NCBI GenBank assembly: GCA_028023455.1 | Contig: JAQFVV010000005.1 | Location: 23,126,001-23,190,000 of the forward strand | Reading direction: 5' to 3' | Length of the DNA: 64,000 nt | From: Epiperipatus broadwayi | Lineage: Eukaryota; Animalia; Onychophora | Shown: piece after piece, positions 14,901 to 29,900 of the stretch | Layout: every line of letters starts with the position of its first letter | Position numbering within the stretch: the first letter of the stretch is position 1 | Made by a program: the position numbers and the translations under genes | Notes under the pieces: model-generated | What the model was told of the DNA's origin: nothing | Databases searched by the model: none | The model's input: only the letters and a program-made list of their open reading frames with translations

Positions 14901-17900
14901 TTCATAGCTTTTATCAAATCATTTTGCCTTGATGTGCTATTATTGGGCATGAATACAGATAGATGGGTTTGGTATTTTCAGCATAGTAAGATCTCGGTGT
15001 TGTCCTTTTTGTCGATGTACATGAAGTGAAATGTTGTTGGAACATAGTGTTTTTTAAAGTTTCGTTAATATCACTATATGAGGTTTTCTTTAGCACCTGT
15101 TTCAGATGCTGTACAGCTTTCTTTGCTAGACCATTAGACCCTCAATGATATGGTAGTGTCAACACATGGCTAATTCCTTAGTAGTTAAAAAGTCTTTTTG
15201 CAGAAGTGAAACCAGCTCCATTATTTGAAACAATAATTTTGGGGTAGCCATAATACGTGAAAATTTTATTTAAAGCTGTCATGATATTTTCTGCATTAGT
15301 ACTCTTCACATTTTTGTATTCTGTTCATTTTGAGTCTATCAGTATCAGAAATATATTTCCATTAAATGGGTTAACATCATCCACATACACTTTGTCCCAA
15401 GATTTTTTGGCCAAAACTCTAGATTCTTTGAGGGCATCATAGCAGTAGACTGGCAGTCTTTGTGGCAGCTACATGTAAGACCATGCTAATTGTTATTAAA
15501 GCTATATATATGTTTAAATATATATACTTCATGCCAGTAATTTAAAAATTACTTAAATATTGTAAAAAGTAAAGATTTTATTTTATAATTTTAATAAATA
15601 AAAGTTATATATATATATTTTATATGCTCAGATAAATGTATATGGTATCAGTAATTGGAAACTTATATTTTATATTAATTTAAAACAAAATAGTTTTCTA
15701 AAAATTGTAAAAGTATAAAGTTAATCTAAAAGTATGTTAAAATCAAGTTATTTTTGTTGTTAGCAATTAGAAGTGGAAATGACATTTGTAAAAACTAATT
15801 AAAATGCTTGTAAAGAGACCAATTAACTTCTTAAGGAGATAAATATCTGATATAATGTACTTAAAAATAGGTTGTTATTTTGTAAGTCCAGGTTAAAAAT
15901 AAAACATCTGCAAATAAGTTATTGGGCAAATAGGCTGCAGACCTCAGTGGAATTTCTGTAGCCAATCAATTAAAGGATCCAAAAGACGAGCGATGGATCC
16001 AAAGTTTATTGATAATCTTAATTCTAGAGACTACAAATAGTGCTTATAATTAGATTCAAAAGTATTCTTCTTCTGTTATTCTATGATGATTATTCTGCCA
16101 GGTGCTATAATTATTCTGTTATTCTCAGCCAGAATTTCATAGTTATATTTGTTTGTATAGTTTGAAGCCATGCAGGAGTAGAGAAACTGTCATTTACTTC
16201 GCTGTGTCAAACCGTGCACCTTCTGGAAACCATTGTTGAGTCTAGGAGTAAGAGCCATCAACAAATGGAGAAACCATCTGAACATATTTCTACTATTATA
16301 TGAATAAAATTTGATGTCCAAAGCTACAGGAAGAAATCAGCCTTCAAACCCAAAATAAATATTGCTGAAGCATCCTAATTAAATTGGAATTGTGATTTAA
16401 ATCTTCATCTAATATAGCTGTGGTTCAAAGAATAAACTTCCCCAAAATAAACCAATACCTATGAAACTGAATGCAAACTTTTTATGCTGAAATAATAGAT
16501 ATAATCTTTAAACAAATCTCTAGTTAATTATTCTTTATCTCTTAGCTAAGGAAAATATGTTAGTAAATAATAATTTCTTTAATCTGTTTGTGAGCATGGA
16601 TGGCAAGAGATTGTTGTTTTCTTTATAAATGCCAGAATTTAGTCTGTAAAATAGTAAGTTTATCTAAATCAAAGTATAATTTAGCAATCTCTGACCATGC
16701 TAGTAATGATTTGTATGTTAATTAAATTAGTCAATTCCGCTTTATTTAAATATAAACAATATGTTAAATCTGCAAATTAATAAATTAAGAATGGAGTTCA
16801 ATTGTGCTTCATAGACAGACTAGATTAAGGTTGTATTTATTTATATGAATAGGTTTCAATTTGAGCAAACTTACTCTTTTGTTTTGATGAAATATAATTG
16901 ATAGAAATGAATGGCTGTCAACGGTCAATTCAGGTTACGCTAGTTATATATGAAACTCATTATTATGTAACATATTAGTGATAAATGATTGTAAAATCAT
17001 TTGTGGATTACCGGCCAATTATTTGTTTAATGTGGTGAGGTATGGTAGATAATTTCCTACTATAGAATTATCTGCTTTATCTTTATACATGTCTTGTTGT
17101 GATATGTTTGTGACTGCTGGTCACTTATTCGCATTGTACCATATACTCTAAGCAGTAGTATGGAGTAGAAGTTAATTCCTACCGATTTTCATATACTTTA
17201 TACTTATATTTGTTCTTTTTCATAAACTATTTTAGTACAGATGTTATTTCTTGTATGTTACAATCCTTTTATTATCATAATTACTTACTAATATCATGGC
17301 CTGATGTTGTTCACCGCAGTCAATTAATTAAATCTTCCATAAGTTATTTATCTTAGTTTATAATATTGTATTATCATCATTTTGCAGGGTTGTCTGATCT
17401 TAGAACAGTGATAATAGATGTGTGTGTGATTAGGAGTCTATGCAGTGGATTGGGATCCATTCAAAAACAACTAATGTTAATATTCTAAATACTATACAGA
17501 AAAAGAATCAGAATTAAAACCAATTCTTTTTTTATGTTGCACTTCAAGTATACAATATTCAAATATGTTTAAAAATACATATATACAAGCAACAAAGATT
17601 ACAAATTATAAAATTATTATATAAAAGCCTTTTTCGGCAAATTATGTTTTTTTGCCCTTTTCAATATGTCTCCACGATTTAAAGCACATACAGTGACATC
17701 TATATCAATACATGAGAGAAGATAGATAAACAAATGGATATCTGACATGATCTATTATGTGTTGTTTTTTTTCCCCTCAATTCTACTACAAAATTACTCT
17801 GTTATATCTATTGAATGGATATATATCCACATATATTAATTAATTAACTATCCATTCTTTATCCATTAACCACTTATTATTTAACTTAATGGATGTTTTG

Positions 17901-20900
17901 TATATATTCATACAGTTGTTTTTATTATACATGATGTAGTTTGTTTCATATATTTTACGTCTATTAACATTTTTAATATAATCAAGAACACTTATATTAT
18001 CAATACAATTTATTTTATGTCCATACTGCAAATAATGAACATATAACGCAGATAACTAATTGTAGAATGAAAGATGATATAAAATATAAGAGAGGAATGG
18101 TTTATAAAATTAGATGTAATTTTTGTAATATGATTTACTATGGCAAGACGTCAAAGCAATTGGGAGAAAGAGCTAAAGAACACAATGATGCTATTGCTAG
18201 GAAAGATGATAGATCTGCGTTATATGTTCATTATTTGCAGTATGGACATAAAATAAATTGTATTGATAATATAAGTGTTCTTGATTATATTAAAAATGTT
18301 AATAGATGTAAAATATATGAAACAAACTACATCATGTATAATAAAAACAACTGTATGAATATATACAAAACATCCATTAAGTTAAATAATAAGTGGTTAA
18401 TGGATAAAGAATGGATAGTTAATTAATTAATATATGTGGATATATATCCATTCAATAGATATAACAGAGTAATTTTGTAGTAGAATTGAGGGGAAAAAAA
18501 AACAACACATAATAGATCATGTCAGATATCCATTTGTTTATCTATCTTCTCTCATGTATTGATATAGATGTCACTGTATGTGCTTTAAATCGTGGAGACA
18601 TATTGAAAAGGGCAAAAAAACATAATTTGCCGAAAAAGGCTTTTATATAATAATTTTATAATTTGTAATCTTTGTTGCTTGTATATATGTATTTTTAAAC
18701 ATATTTGAATAATATTCTAAATATCATCAAGTATTAATGGTTTAAAAGCATTTAAGCTTTATACTACCATGTACAATGTCTGAGCATAATCTAAATTATT
18801 ACATAAGAATAAAATAATAATAATAGGATTTATAAATCTTTATTTCACATAAATAAATTTGTCAAACTTAATAAATCAATTAAATAATGTTATTGTGTGT
18901 GCTAATTTCTAATACGTAAATAAATTGTATGTCTCATTATTTTGTTAGCATTTTGTCATTATTCATAATCAATAATTTAATTAGAATAGTTAAGAGTTGC
19001 TTGTTTCTCTCTGACCCTAGTGGGCTGAAAAATAAAAAATTATTAGTCTGAGATGTTAGAATGTGGAATGCACATACAGATTGCCTTCAGGTGACTTTCA
19101 TGTGGGTTGTGCAATTCTGTATTCTGTTCATTTTGAGTAAGAGTCTGTCACTATCAGAAGTACATTGCTGTTAAATGGGCAAGCATGACCCACAGGGAGT
19201 CTTTAGCTTTAATCCAAGGCTCTAGCTTCTTTGAGGGCATCATAGCAGTAGACTGGTAGTTTTAACAATACTTGACCCTGTATCATCTGGCTATTCATCA
19301 CTGGCTGCCATATGTAAGACCGTGCTAATTGTTACGTCTGCACATTTTCTGGGTGTCTTTTATGTAACAAATTTAAAACTTTGCACTCGATCGTCAGTAA
19401 TATGTAATTTTTACAAATAGATAGATACTCATGTGTGTTCCAGATAGCTTTTGATACATATTCTGGCAATCTGTCTTTGCAAAGCTTGTTAGCCAGTATC
19501 ATGTTTAGTCCATTTGACAACTATTGTGTTATCCAGTGCCTTATTTCCCATTAGGTCTACATAATTTATTTCTGAAATTTTACTTTCAATTTTACATTTA
19601 AGTGGTAACTTCGACAAAGCATCTGCCTGACTAATTTACTTCCCAGGTTTTTGCATTAACTCCAAGTCATATGTGGCTAACATATTGAACCAACATATAA
19701 TTCTCTGATTGATACATTTTTGAGCCTTTCTTTACATTTCCAAATATGCCCATGAAAGAACAGTGGTCAGTATAGAATTTAAACTCACATCCATAAACAT
19801 ACTAGTGAAATTTTTTAATGGCCATACCATTTTTGTCCAGCTGACTATAATTTTTTTCTGCAGCTGTCAATGTTCAGGAGGCATAAGCCTTAAAGCTTTC
19901 ATCTCCAGTGCAGCGATATGATATAACTACTCCTATACCATAATCTAAGGCATCGATAGTAATAATGACTTCCTGGTTATTATGATAATGGCCAAGTAGC
20001 TTTTTGAAAGAAAGCAGTTCTTTTGCTTTATTTATTCTTATATTCTGCAGTTCACTTCCAATATTGTTCATTTTTTAGTAACTGGTATAGTCATGTAGTA
20101 ACATTTGCTTTTCCTTTCAGAAATCTCTCGTAAAAATTTAATAAATCCAGAAACACCTTCAGATCTTTCACACTCTTTGGTTTAACATCATTTTTTACCA
20201 CTCTAACCGTATCTGGATTAGGATACTCCCTCCCAGCATTTATTATATGGCCTAAGAACTTAATTTTATTAGTAGATCAAATGTATTTCAAAAAATTTAA
20301 CTGTGTACCTATTTATCCAACAGTGCACAGACTTTTAGCATGTATATGACTTATTTAGTTTCTGTCTCCGCCACAACTAATATCAAGCTAAATAACACCT
20401 TCCATACTCTGACACAAACTATCCATTTTGGCTTGAAACAGATTTGGTATGATAATAATTCTGTACAACAGTTTGGTGCACTTGAATAATCCAAGATAAG
20501 TGCAAATCATTAGCATCTCAGCTGTTCTAATCATAATGGGAATTTGGTAACATGCTAATTTCAAGTAGAACTTCATGAAATATTTTGCAGTCTATAGTGA
20601 AGCTATTATCTCTCGAATGCCCAGTACTGGGTAGGTTTTTTTATTTATGTATTTGGTAAGAGTTACTTGATAATCTCCACATAAATGGACAGTTCCATCT
20701 CATTTTAAGATCACCACAACCGGTGTAGTCCTGAATGATTCTTCTATTGGGGTTAGTTCCCTCTTTTGACTTTCATTTTTGAGCTTAGAGCAAATGGAAT
20801 CTTTCGCAGTGTACACATAATGGGCTGTGCTGTTTTAACTAAATTATGTCAACCGATTTTGTTTTAAATTTTGCTAATGTTGACTCCAACAGCAGTGAAT

Positions 20901-23900
20901 GTCTAAATTTGAACTTCAGACTCCAACTATTTTTCTTGGCTATATCTAAATTTGAATCTCAGACTCCATCTAATTTTCTTGGCTATACCAATTTGTATTC
21001 CCAGTCCAAACCAGTTTCTTTCTGAGATGGAAAAAAGGCCTTTTTTCATGATATATAATGACAATAATTTTATTTTAGCCATTAGCTTGACTGGTACCAA
21101 TATATTACCTCTTATATCAATCACATTTCTATTTACATCTGTCGCTATAACCTCTACTTTTTTCATAGTTACCCCCTTGCTTGCCTTCTTTATTAAATTT
21201 GACCATCTTTTAGCAAAACCAAGAATAACTTTGCACCACTGTTAATTTTCATATTGGTTTTTTTGTCCAAGAATTTGTTTGTGTAAACAAATACGATTAT
21301 TATTTACACTGTTTATTGTTTTTACTTCAATTTTACCCCCCCCCCCCAAGGAATTGAAATCTGCTCATAACTTTCTTTTTCTAATTTTATCTTTAGTATG
21401 ACAGTTTGTAAATGGTTGGTTTTTCCACATATATGGCATTTAGCACTTTTGAATTTACACTTCTTTTTTAAATAGCCCTTTCTCATTGCAGTAATAGCAT
21501 ATAAAACCCTTTGTAAGATTTTGACAGCTCATGGTGTGAATGTCTGCTTTATTCACCATCATTTTATGTGTTGCTACATCTCTATTATAACTAACTCTTG
21601 TTTTATACATTTATCCATTGTCTGGTTACATGTCCAGGCTACTTCACTGAGGAGAACTTGAAGCAATTTATTGTCAGTCATCTCCAGTAGTCATTGACCA
21701 AGGAGCATGTCATCCAATTAAAATGCTAAATTCACACTGTTTCACATCATATTGCTGATAGTTTTCATTTGGTTCTTGTCTCCTATTTCTAAAATGTAGA
21801 TGTGACACCCATTTAGATGTTGCTGGTTCGAAATATGTACTTAATTTTTCTTGGATCTCAAGATATGCTATTTCTTCTGGAGGATCCTGTTCACAAAGTC
21901 GTTTTGTTATTTGCAAAATGTCTTTTCCTGGAAGCTACATCAGTGCCACTACCTTTAGGTTTTCATCTTCTATCTTATTAATGAGCATACATTTCTCTAT
22001 ATATCCCATGCACAAATATTTCTCTATGTGTTGCATGTAAAAATAGCAATTTTCATGTCATTGACATCAAATTCCTTAACATTATTTTGGAATGCCATTA
22101 TCGGAGTTTGTTTAATTCATATACAGGTTGCAAATCTTTCAATTATAATTGTGACAGCACTAGTCGCTCACAGCAGACTATTATTAATCAAAAAGTTTCT
22201 TTTAATTGCATCAACAAAACTATTACCCGTAAAATTCAGGTTGCCTGTTGACTGTAGCCATCTGCTGTGTACTCCAGGGATGTATACATACCAGCTAGGT
22301 CACATTAAAATAAATAAACAACACAAAATAAATGTGAATTTATTATACTCGTAAATAAAATATATATATACTGATGATGAAACTAAACATTAATCGTTGA
22401 GGAGACATTATCTAACATAAACATGTTTGGCATTGAATATAATACTTCTATATTCATCATTACCTGTAATAATTATGAATCTGCATCTAATTAACAAATC
22501 TTTTGCTTGCTACACTTTACTCCATCTGTTGCTGCTCTTTAGTGCATTCTACATATATAATTAATTAGCTTAAAGTATTTTAGATTCAATCTATGCTAAT
22601 TTCTTGTAAATTTTTTTAAGAGTGAATAGTAGAATAATTTTGTAAGTGTTGTGCAGTAATTATTTTCCATAATAAAAAAATATTTACTTTACCATCATAT
22701 ATACCTATATCAGCACATATTTATAACACTATACATATTACAATATCTATAAGCATTTAAAAAATAAAGAAAGCAACAGGATATCTTGATAAATATGTTT
22801 TTGAGTTGATGGTGAAGATGATTGGAAACATGGAGCTTTAAAGAAAGTCATATGCAGAAATATATTGGCCTACCCCTAGACAGAAGGTCGGTGATGAGGA
22901 CTTGATATCTCTAGTTATGCAAATAGCATATATAATATTTTTGTAGGTCAAATCTTAGATAAAATACTTTTTTTTTTCAACCATTTTAACTAATTTGCAT
23001 CGTAAAAGTCTGATAAATTGCCAGGTCAACTTGGATGAATGATTTTTTTGATATCATGGACTTATATCTTAGTAAGCTTAGTTAATTCATAGCGAATATT
23101 TACATAAGTAGAATGGAATGAATAGTAGTTTCACTACAAACACTGATAAAATTTCATCTAAATCTGCTTGAAATTTGTTTCTTCATATTCAAGGAATTGT
23201 TCAAGTACGGATTAGTTCAGCATTTTCCAAATTTTTTTTTTTTTTGATAAGAAACAACTTGTGGAACACTTACATTTGCGATCGGCTTTATAATACTGGC
23301 ATTGAAGAGTTTTTATTTCAGTATTAAAATAATTTACATCGGAATATATTAAAACCTGTCACATGTTCAAAGAAAAATAATTTGTTTTTAATTAGATCAG
23401 TTGTGCATATGAAAAATTATAATGTAAATCCTTAATTATTATTATTATTTTTGCAGAATCCTTATTCATACCTCTGAACACCAGTTTGGAAAACCCTAAA
23501 TTGTCTCACTGATAATTTTTGTAAGATAATCAAATTTATTGTCTAGATGTGTTGTTTGTTTATTAAAAGAAGAATTCAGCTGCTTTATGAGTCAGTTATT
23601 AATAAATATCAAACACTGTTGATGATTTAGAGAATCTTTTGAAATGTGTGGCTTTAAAATAAAAACAAATTTATTGAGAAAAGAGCTGGAGTACATAATT
23701 AAGAGCAGAGTCCAAAGAATTAACAGAAGCATTCATATAAAGCAATGAAAAAAAAAAAAAAGTAGGAAGTTTTATTATTTTAATTTACTTTGTTTCTTAA
23801 TGATTTTAATTCCATAGTAATGGTGATTTTTATTATGCAATTTTTTTTAAATAAATGAAGGAAATGTTGATCATCTTTAATTATTTGCATTATTTTGTGT

Positions 23901-26900
23901 GTGTTGTTTGTAAATTGTTGTAAAAGCGTCAATAAAGATTGGCATTATTCTAATTATGGGGAGATTTTATAATAATTGGTATTATAATGGAAAAGATCTT
24001 TATAGTATAGGGAAAAGACTAATGTCACATCTAAGACTGGATTTAAATCCAAATTTTTTTCATAACTGAGCATTTCCTAAGTAATCTCAGGATTTTAGGT
24101 AATTAGCATGCAACCAATCCATCTACACTTCCAACTCCCTATAATTATGATTGATTAATTGGCATCAGGTTATTCTTAACTGTAGTCAGTAACTCTTACT
24201 GAGACAATTGTAATTTCTTTTGGACCAATCAAAGGAATCAAGAAGAAAATGATGCATCATGGAACAGTGACAGACAGATTAAGGGCTCTAATAAAGCAAG
24301 AAATAGTATTAAAGATCATATAAATTTAGATGTTCTGAGAGGTAAATTATTTAATGATATAGTGTTAATAGTTAATAAAATAACAGTAAATTATTATATG
24401 TTCATATTGCCTTTATTAAAGATTTTGAAATGTTTTTTTTCTCCTCCATATTAATGATTTTATTTTTTTTAGGCCGTTTGGATTTTTTCAATAGTAGATT
24501 ATCGTAAAATCACTTACGATGATCGTCCATATCCTAATTGGGCAGAAGGTTTAGGGTGGTGCATTGCTCTCCTATCCATACTTTGTATACCTTTAGGTGC
24601 TATAAATGCAGTCATAAAAGCTCCTGGGGCCAATATTATAGAGGTATTTTTTTATATATTAAATAATTAATTATTGTTTATCTATGAAAATTTATTTCGA
24701 TATACTACATTCTTTAAGGGAATCCAATTGTTTTTGTGATTACTTTCTTATTAGCTTTAATTTTTGCAGTGATTCCATCCCTGTATTGTATAAGATATAT
24801 CCATATAAATAAAAAAATATAAATTATTTTATGCATTTTATACTACAAGAACAATATTTTAATATTCCATAGTTGCAAAAATAGCTGACAGATTTGTAAT
24901 ATGTATATGAATACTCTATCAAAATAAATTTAAAATGTAGTACTTTTTATACTTAATAAAACTACAAAAAATTGAAATAATTTAATTCATTCTGCTTTAT
25001 ATATATAGTAAGTTGTGTTACATGGCACACAATACCATAGTGTGTGTGCATAAATATATATAAAGTTGAAATGAAAAGTAGAAATAAACACAGACAAATT
25101 TTTTTTAGATGTTTTCTATGTCTCCCTGAAATAATCATAGTTAAAGATTAAATAATTTTGAATTTAAAATAGAATTTTTTATAAATTAAACAGCTCAGAA
25201 GGTTTTACTAATATTGTATTCCGATTTTGAAATTAAAAACAAACATATTTTATGTTAAAATAGAACTGATAATTGTAAACATTTTTATTATCTATTTTTA
25301 AAAATCTTTGCAGATTATACTTTGATAAAACTCCAAACTTGCTTTCAAAAGTAGATTTTAATTAAAAGTGAGTTGGAAAGATTAAAAAATGTGATTTTGT
25401 CATCCCATTCTAGATAAAAAAAGAATTGGTTTTCCCAGAAGAGTAGGCAATCATGAGTTGGCTAGTTTGTTTTGAGAATAATAGTTGGCTAGCAGTAGTA
25501 GTTTTCTAGAGTTAGAGAATGACCATGAAATAATTAAAGGCAGACCAGTGGATGCACTGGTGGCTACTAGTTCATGATAGTGGAGTTTGAATTCACTTAG
25601 AGGGAAATGGATCAATTCCAAGGACATAACCACAAATGTGTTCTGGTAGTTTTCTTGCCTATCCAATCCTAGACAAGATCACTGCAGAGAAACAATTACC
25701 TATAATATACCTGTCCCGATGATAATGCTTACCCATCAGCTTGCTGAAGAATTGGTATATGTATGCTGCTGTGTCTATATGCAAAGAACCACAGATAATC
25801 GTATTGTATCGTATTTATATAAAGTGTGACTGGTGAGTTATTTTAGTAATTCCTTTAAATGACATTTAAAAATATAACTTAAAGTGCAAGTAATAATTAT
25901 TCTTGGATTAAAAACAAATAAAAATGTAAAGGATTAATAGACGATTCTATATTCTAAAGAAAGCCGTTATAATTAATTAACCTATGATACTAATGTTTAT
26001 ATAGAACAATATTATTTCAAATTGTTTGTTGAAGGAAAAAAAAAGAATATTTAAAATTTAAAAACATTAAGAGCAACCTATGATAGTGATATATATATCG
26101 AGATTGAAAGTTTAAATAATATTTTTTAGTAAAAATGACATTTAAAAAATCTATATATTTTAAAAGTAAAGCAAGTAAATAAATTTTGTTTGAATGAAGA
26201 ATTAACTTTTTGTGAAAATCTATTGTACATTACTCGTTTTAGCAATTATCTTTAATCTTATGTTCTTACTTTCGTCAGTCAAGCTTACAATATCCTAAAG
26301 CTTTGAAACATTATTTGCAAAAACTATATATATCATTTACAAAGTCTAGATGATTTAAATAATCTTCATTTACTTTTACTCTCTTAACTTCTCATTTTAA
26401 TCCACAAAATATTTTTTACAAAACTGCTGTAAAATGTTTTAGAGTTGTGGAATCACCTTTTCTATGTAATCTAATTGTTGCTGTTGCATTTCTGTAAATA
26501 TTCTTCAGAATATGATAATATCCTGGATCTATTCCTTGATGATCCAATGCTTTAATCATTGAAGAAATGCTTATAGAATCAAATGCCTTTTCGTAAATCC
26601 AAAACATAATGGCAACTTATATTGGTCATTTCTGTAACGTCTCTCAATATTTGGATGTGATCCAGTTCTTTTGGTCGGTTAAGATGCAGAGTTCGTGCGA
26701 GATAAAAAATTTATGCAGAACTGATCAGTCTGTAATTTCTCTCCTTTTTTAAAATGTTAATACAAGTACTTCATTTTTCCAATCATCCAGTACATCTTTA
26801 CCATTTAGATATTTGATGTATAACTTTGCCACTTGTTTTTCTATATTTTCACCTCACAAGATATTGATTATAATTTCATTATTACCTGGAGTTTTTTCCT

Positions 26901-29900
26901 TCTTCAAAGGTTTAATTGCATGTTTCACTTCTTAAAATGCTAGGCAACTCAGAAGATGAACTAATTGTAAGGGATACCTTTTCTTATTCATTATTGCTAT
27001 ATAATTCTTTAGACTCTTCCCCACACTTTCATGTCATCTCTTTTTAATAATAGTTCCATTTTTTCTTCTTATTATAGAAGTAGATTTCATATTAATACAA
27101 AGATGTTGCTTTATACTTTTATTCTCTTCTATAGCTTTCCTTGCTAATTCACAATATTTTCTTATATCATTAACTATATCAAATTTTACAAATTCTATAT
27201 ATTTAATCTTTTTAATGGATTATTTTCATATTCCTTCTTTTCTTCAGAAATTGTTATCTCATTAGAAATTTTACTGGTCAAGTGCTGCTTTTTTGTACCA
27301 GCAATCTTTATTGCAGTAATTACCAAATATTTTATTGCATTTAAATTCCATTGTCAGTTCAGTTTCTAGCTTTTGCTTTTTTCCACGAGGCTTTGGGATT
27401 TAAAGTTTAAGCTATCCAGTAAAGCATTCAGCAACCGTCTTTGACTCTACTTTTACTCTTTAAATCAAAAATCTGAAATTTAAATCAGCCTACAATTTTG
27501 AACTCAGTCATTTTATTTGAATAGTTATATAGCTCTGATTGTCAACTTTGAATCATAAGGCCTTATTGATATCAAAAGCCGGAAATCTGGGGACAGATTT
27601 AAATATGATAAAGAGACTGGTTAATCATAGATTACTTTACATTGGAGTGAGGAGCTGCTCTTGGTTATATTGAATGAGCTGATGAATTAAAAGATTTGCT
27701 GTTATTAATTTAACTTTTTTTTTTATTGCTGATATATATTTTCCCAATGCATGTATAATGCCTTATACTGAAAATACACATTACACTCAAACATCTTATA
27801 AATAAAAAAATATTTTATAATTAAATATTAGCAGCAACAAACCATACACAAATCATAATTGTATTTATATAAAAAAATAACTTTTTCGTAAGGAATAAAT
27901 ATTGCAAAACAAATTATTATTTCCTTTACCAGATAAAATTCTTAGCATTGTGAAAAATTGATCAATAACCAATTCTGAAAATTCCAAATGATTGTCTGAC
28001 TGACTGATTCATTAATAGTTATTACAAAACAATCAGACTAAAAATGGTTGTTTCTGAAATGCTTGTATAAAGAAAATAGTCTTAGAGTCCATTAGAGGGA
28101 GCCTGGGACTCCATTTCACGCTGTTACAGGCTCCCAGTTTTATTCACCAAAGTTATAGTCTAGTTTTGAATTCATAGAAGAAAAGTTTACTAAGATGTAA
28201 ATGAATACTTGTTTTATTGCTTTTTCATCTTTACAAGAAATTTTAAAGCAGTTTTCATTCAAGAATAATTGAAATTACCTATCGTTCCGTTTTATGCAAA
28301 CAGCTGTCATTAGAAATAGGCAAACGCTAGGTTAAGTAATTCTTAGAATCATTAGAGTAACATAAATATTTGAAAAATAGTTTTAAATAAAACCAAATAA
28401 TTCTCAAAAGAATAGAGACACTATTGATAGAATATAAAGAGAAAACATTTGGATATTAAATCTCATTGCAAATGTTGAAAATAAAAATGTTAACAAAATA
28501 GTCTTAAGAACTTTATCTTTGCATAAGATATTAATAATGTTAATAAAGTTTCTATGGCTAAAAACCAGTCAGGGAAGACAGAAAACAGCCTAAGGAACAT
28601 TATAGATACAAAAATTAATCATAAAACTAAGAAAGAAAAAAATCCTAGTGTTAAATTATTCATGGGAATAAAGTTATGACATTGTTGTGTTGAACAGGTC
28701 GAATAAATTATTTTGAATTTTAATTCGCTCTCAATTTTATAACTGAACATTATAGATTATGAGTCAAGCTATCTTCATGCACAAAAATCAAGTTTCTCTG
28801 ATGATCACAACAGAAGTTATTAGCCCATTTCCGGTGTGATTGGGGCACAACAAAAAATATATAAAAAAAATTTCAAATCAACACAGAATTACAACGAAAT
28901 GATTCCTCAGCAAAAGACAATGATTTAAAGGCAAAATTAGTACAAATGTTGTTTTAGACCTAAACAGAGACATTGAAGCTACAAATGATTCATCCTCTTT
29001 TAATTCTTTCAAAAACAAACTTTCAGATTATACAACCGAATCCTTGATTCCTAATCAAGACCTAGAATTCAATCCAAAGAAGCAGAATCCAATTAGTATC
29101 AACAAATAAGAATCATAGTGAACCCTAAGGACTTTATAGTTGGGTGGATTGAACAGGTATTGTGAACATTTGCAGGCACAGGAGGTTGATAATAATTACA
29201 AACAGACTTTCAGCCCTATTGACCTGTGTGCAAGGTGATATGGACAAATGGTGTGTATTCATGGTGCGCAAGTAAATCTGGCTTGATTCCAGACTACAAT
29301 GAATCTAACTGTTGCATTGGTGGGCACAGGTCTGCGCTCCTATTCTTTTCATCAGGTGTGGTAGTGGTGGTCATGAGGGGCTTTATATATTTGTGAGGGT
29401 GGTTGGCGATCATTGCCAAGCCCAGGGATACCTGCTGGGTGGGTAAAAGTCACTGCTCTCCATTGAACTTTGCCCTGAGAGGCTGATGTATCCCCTTGAT
29501 GGATTGTTTATTAGGACAGTGTTGATTTGAGCTCATTATTTTTTTTTCCTTAGTTAACTTTAAAATTAGAGCGTTTGTAAGCCAGTTGGTCTGATTTGGG
29601 CCACTACCAATTTTTGTAACTTTGATGGAGTCTTTGCTGCAATAATTTTGCGGGCATGGGTCTGCCTTCCTCGGGGGTGGTGGCGGTCATTAGGGAGCTG
29701 GTTTATTGGTTCAGGCTGTTGACAATTATTGCCACTACCTGGAAAACCTGCCACGAGGGTACCTGGTCAAAGTCTTGGCACCATTCTTACTCTTTTTAGT
29801 TTTTCTTAGTTGGCTTTCCAATTCTGGGCAGGTAGACCAAATGTGGTCCCTGCACATTTTTACTGTTAATTGGGAGACAGAGGTATCTAGAATGGTCTTG

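Noticed and set aside
22371-22384. CTGATGA-T-GAAAC hammerhead-like string (a similar one at about 7246-7260)
   Set aside because: There is no room for stem II and no stem I/III complementarity.
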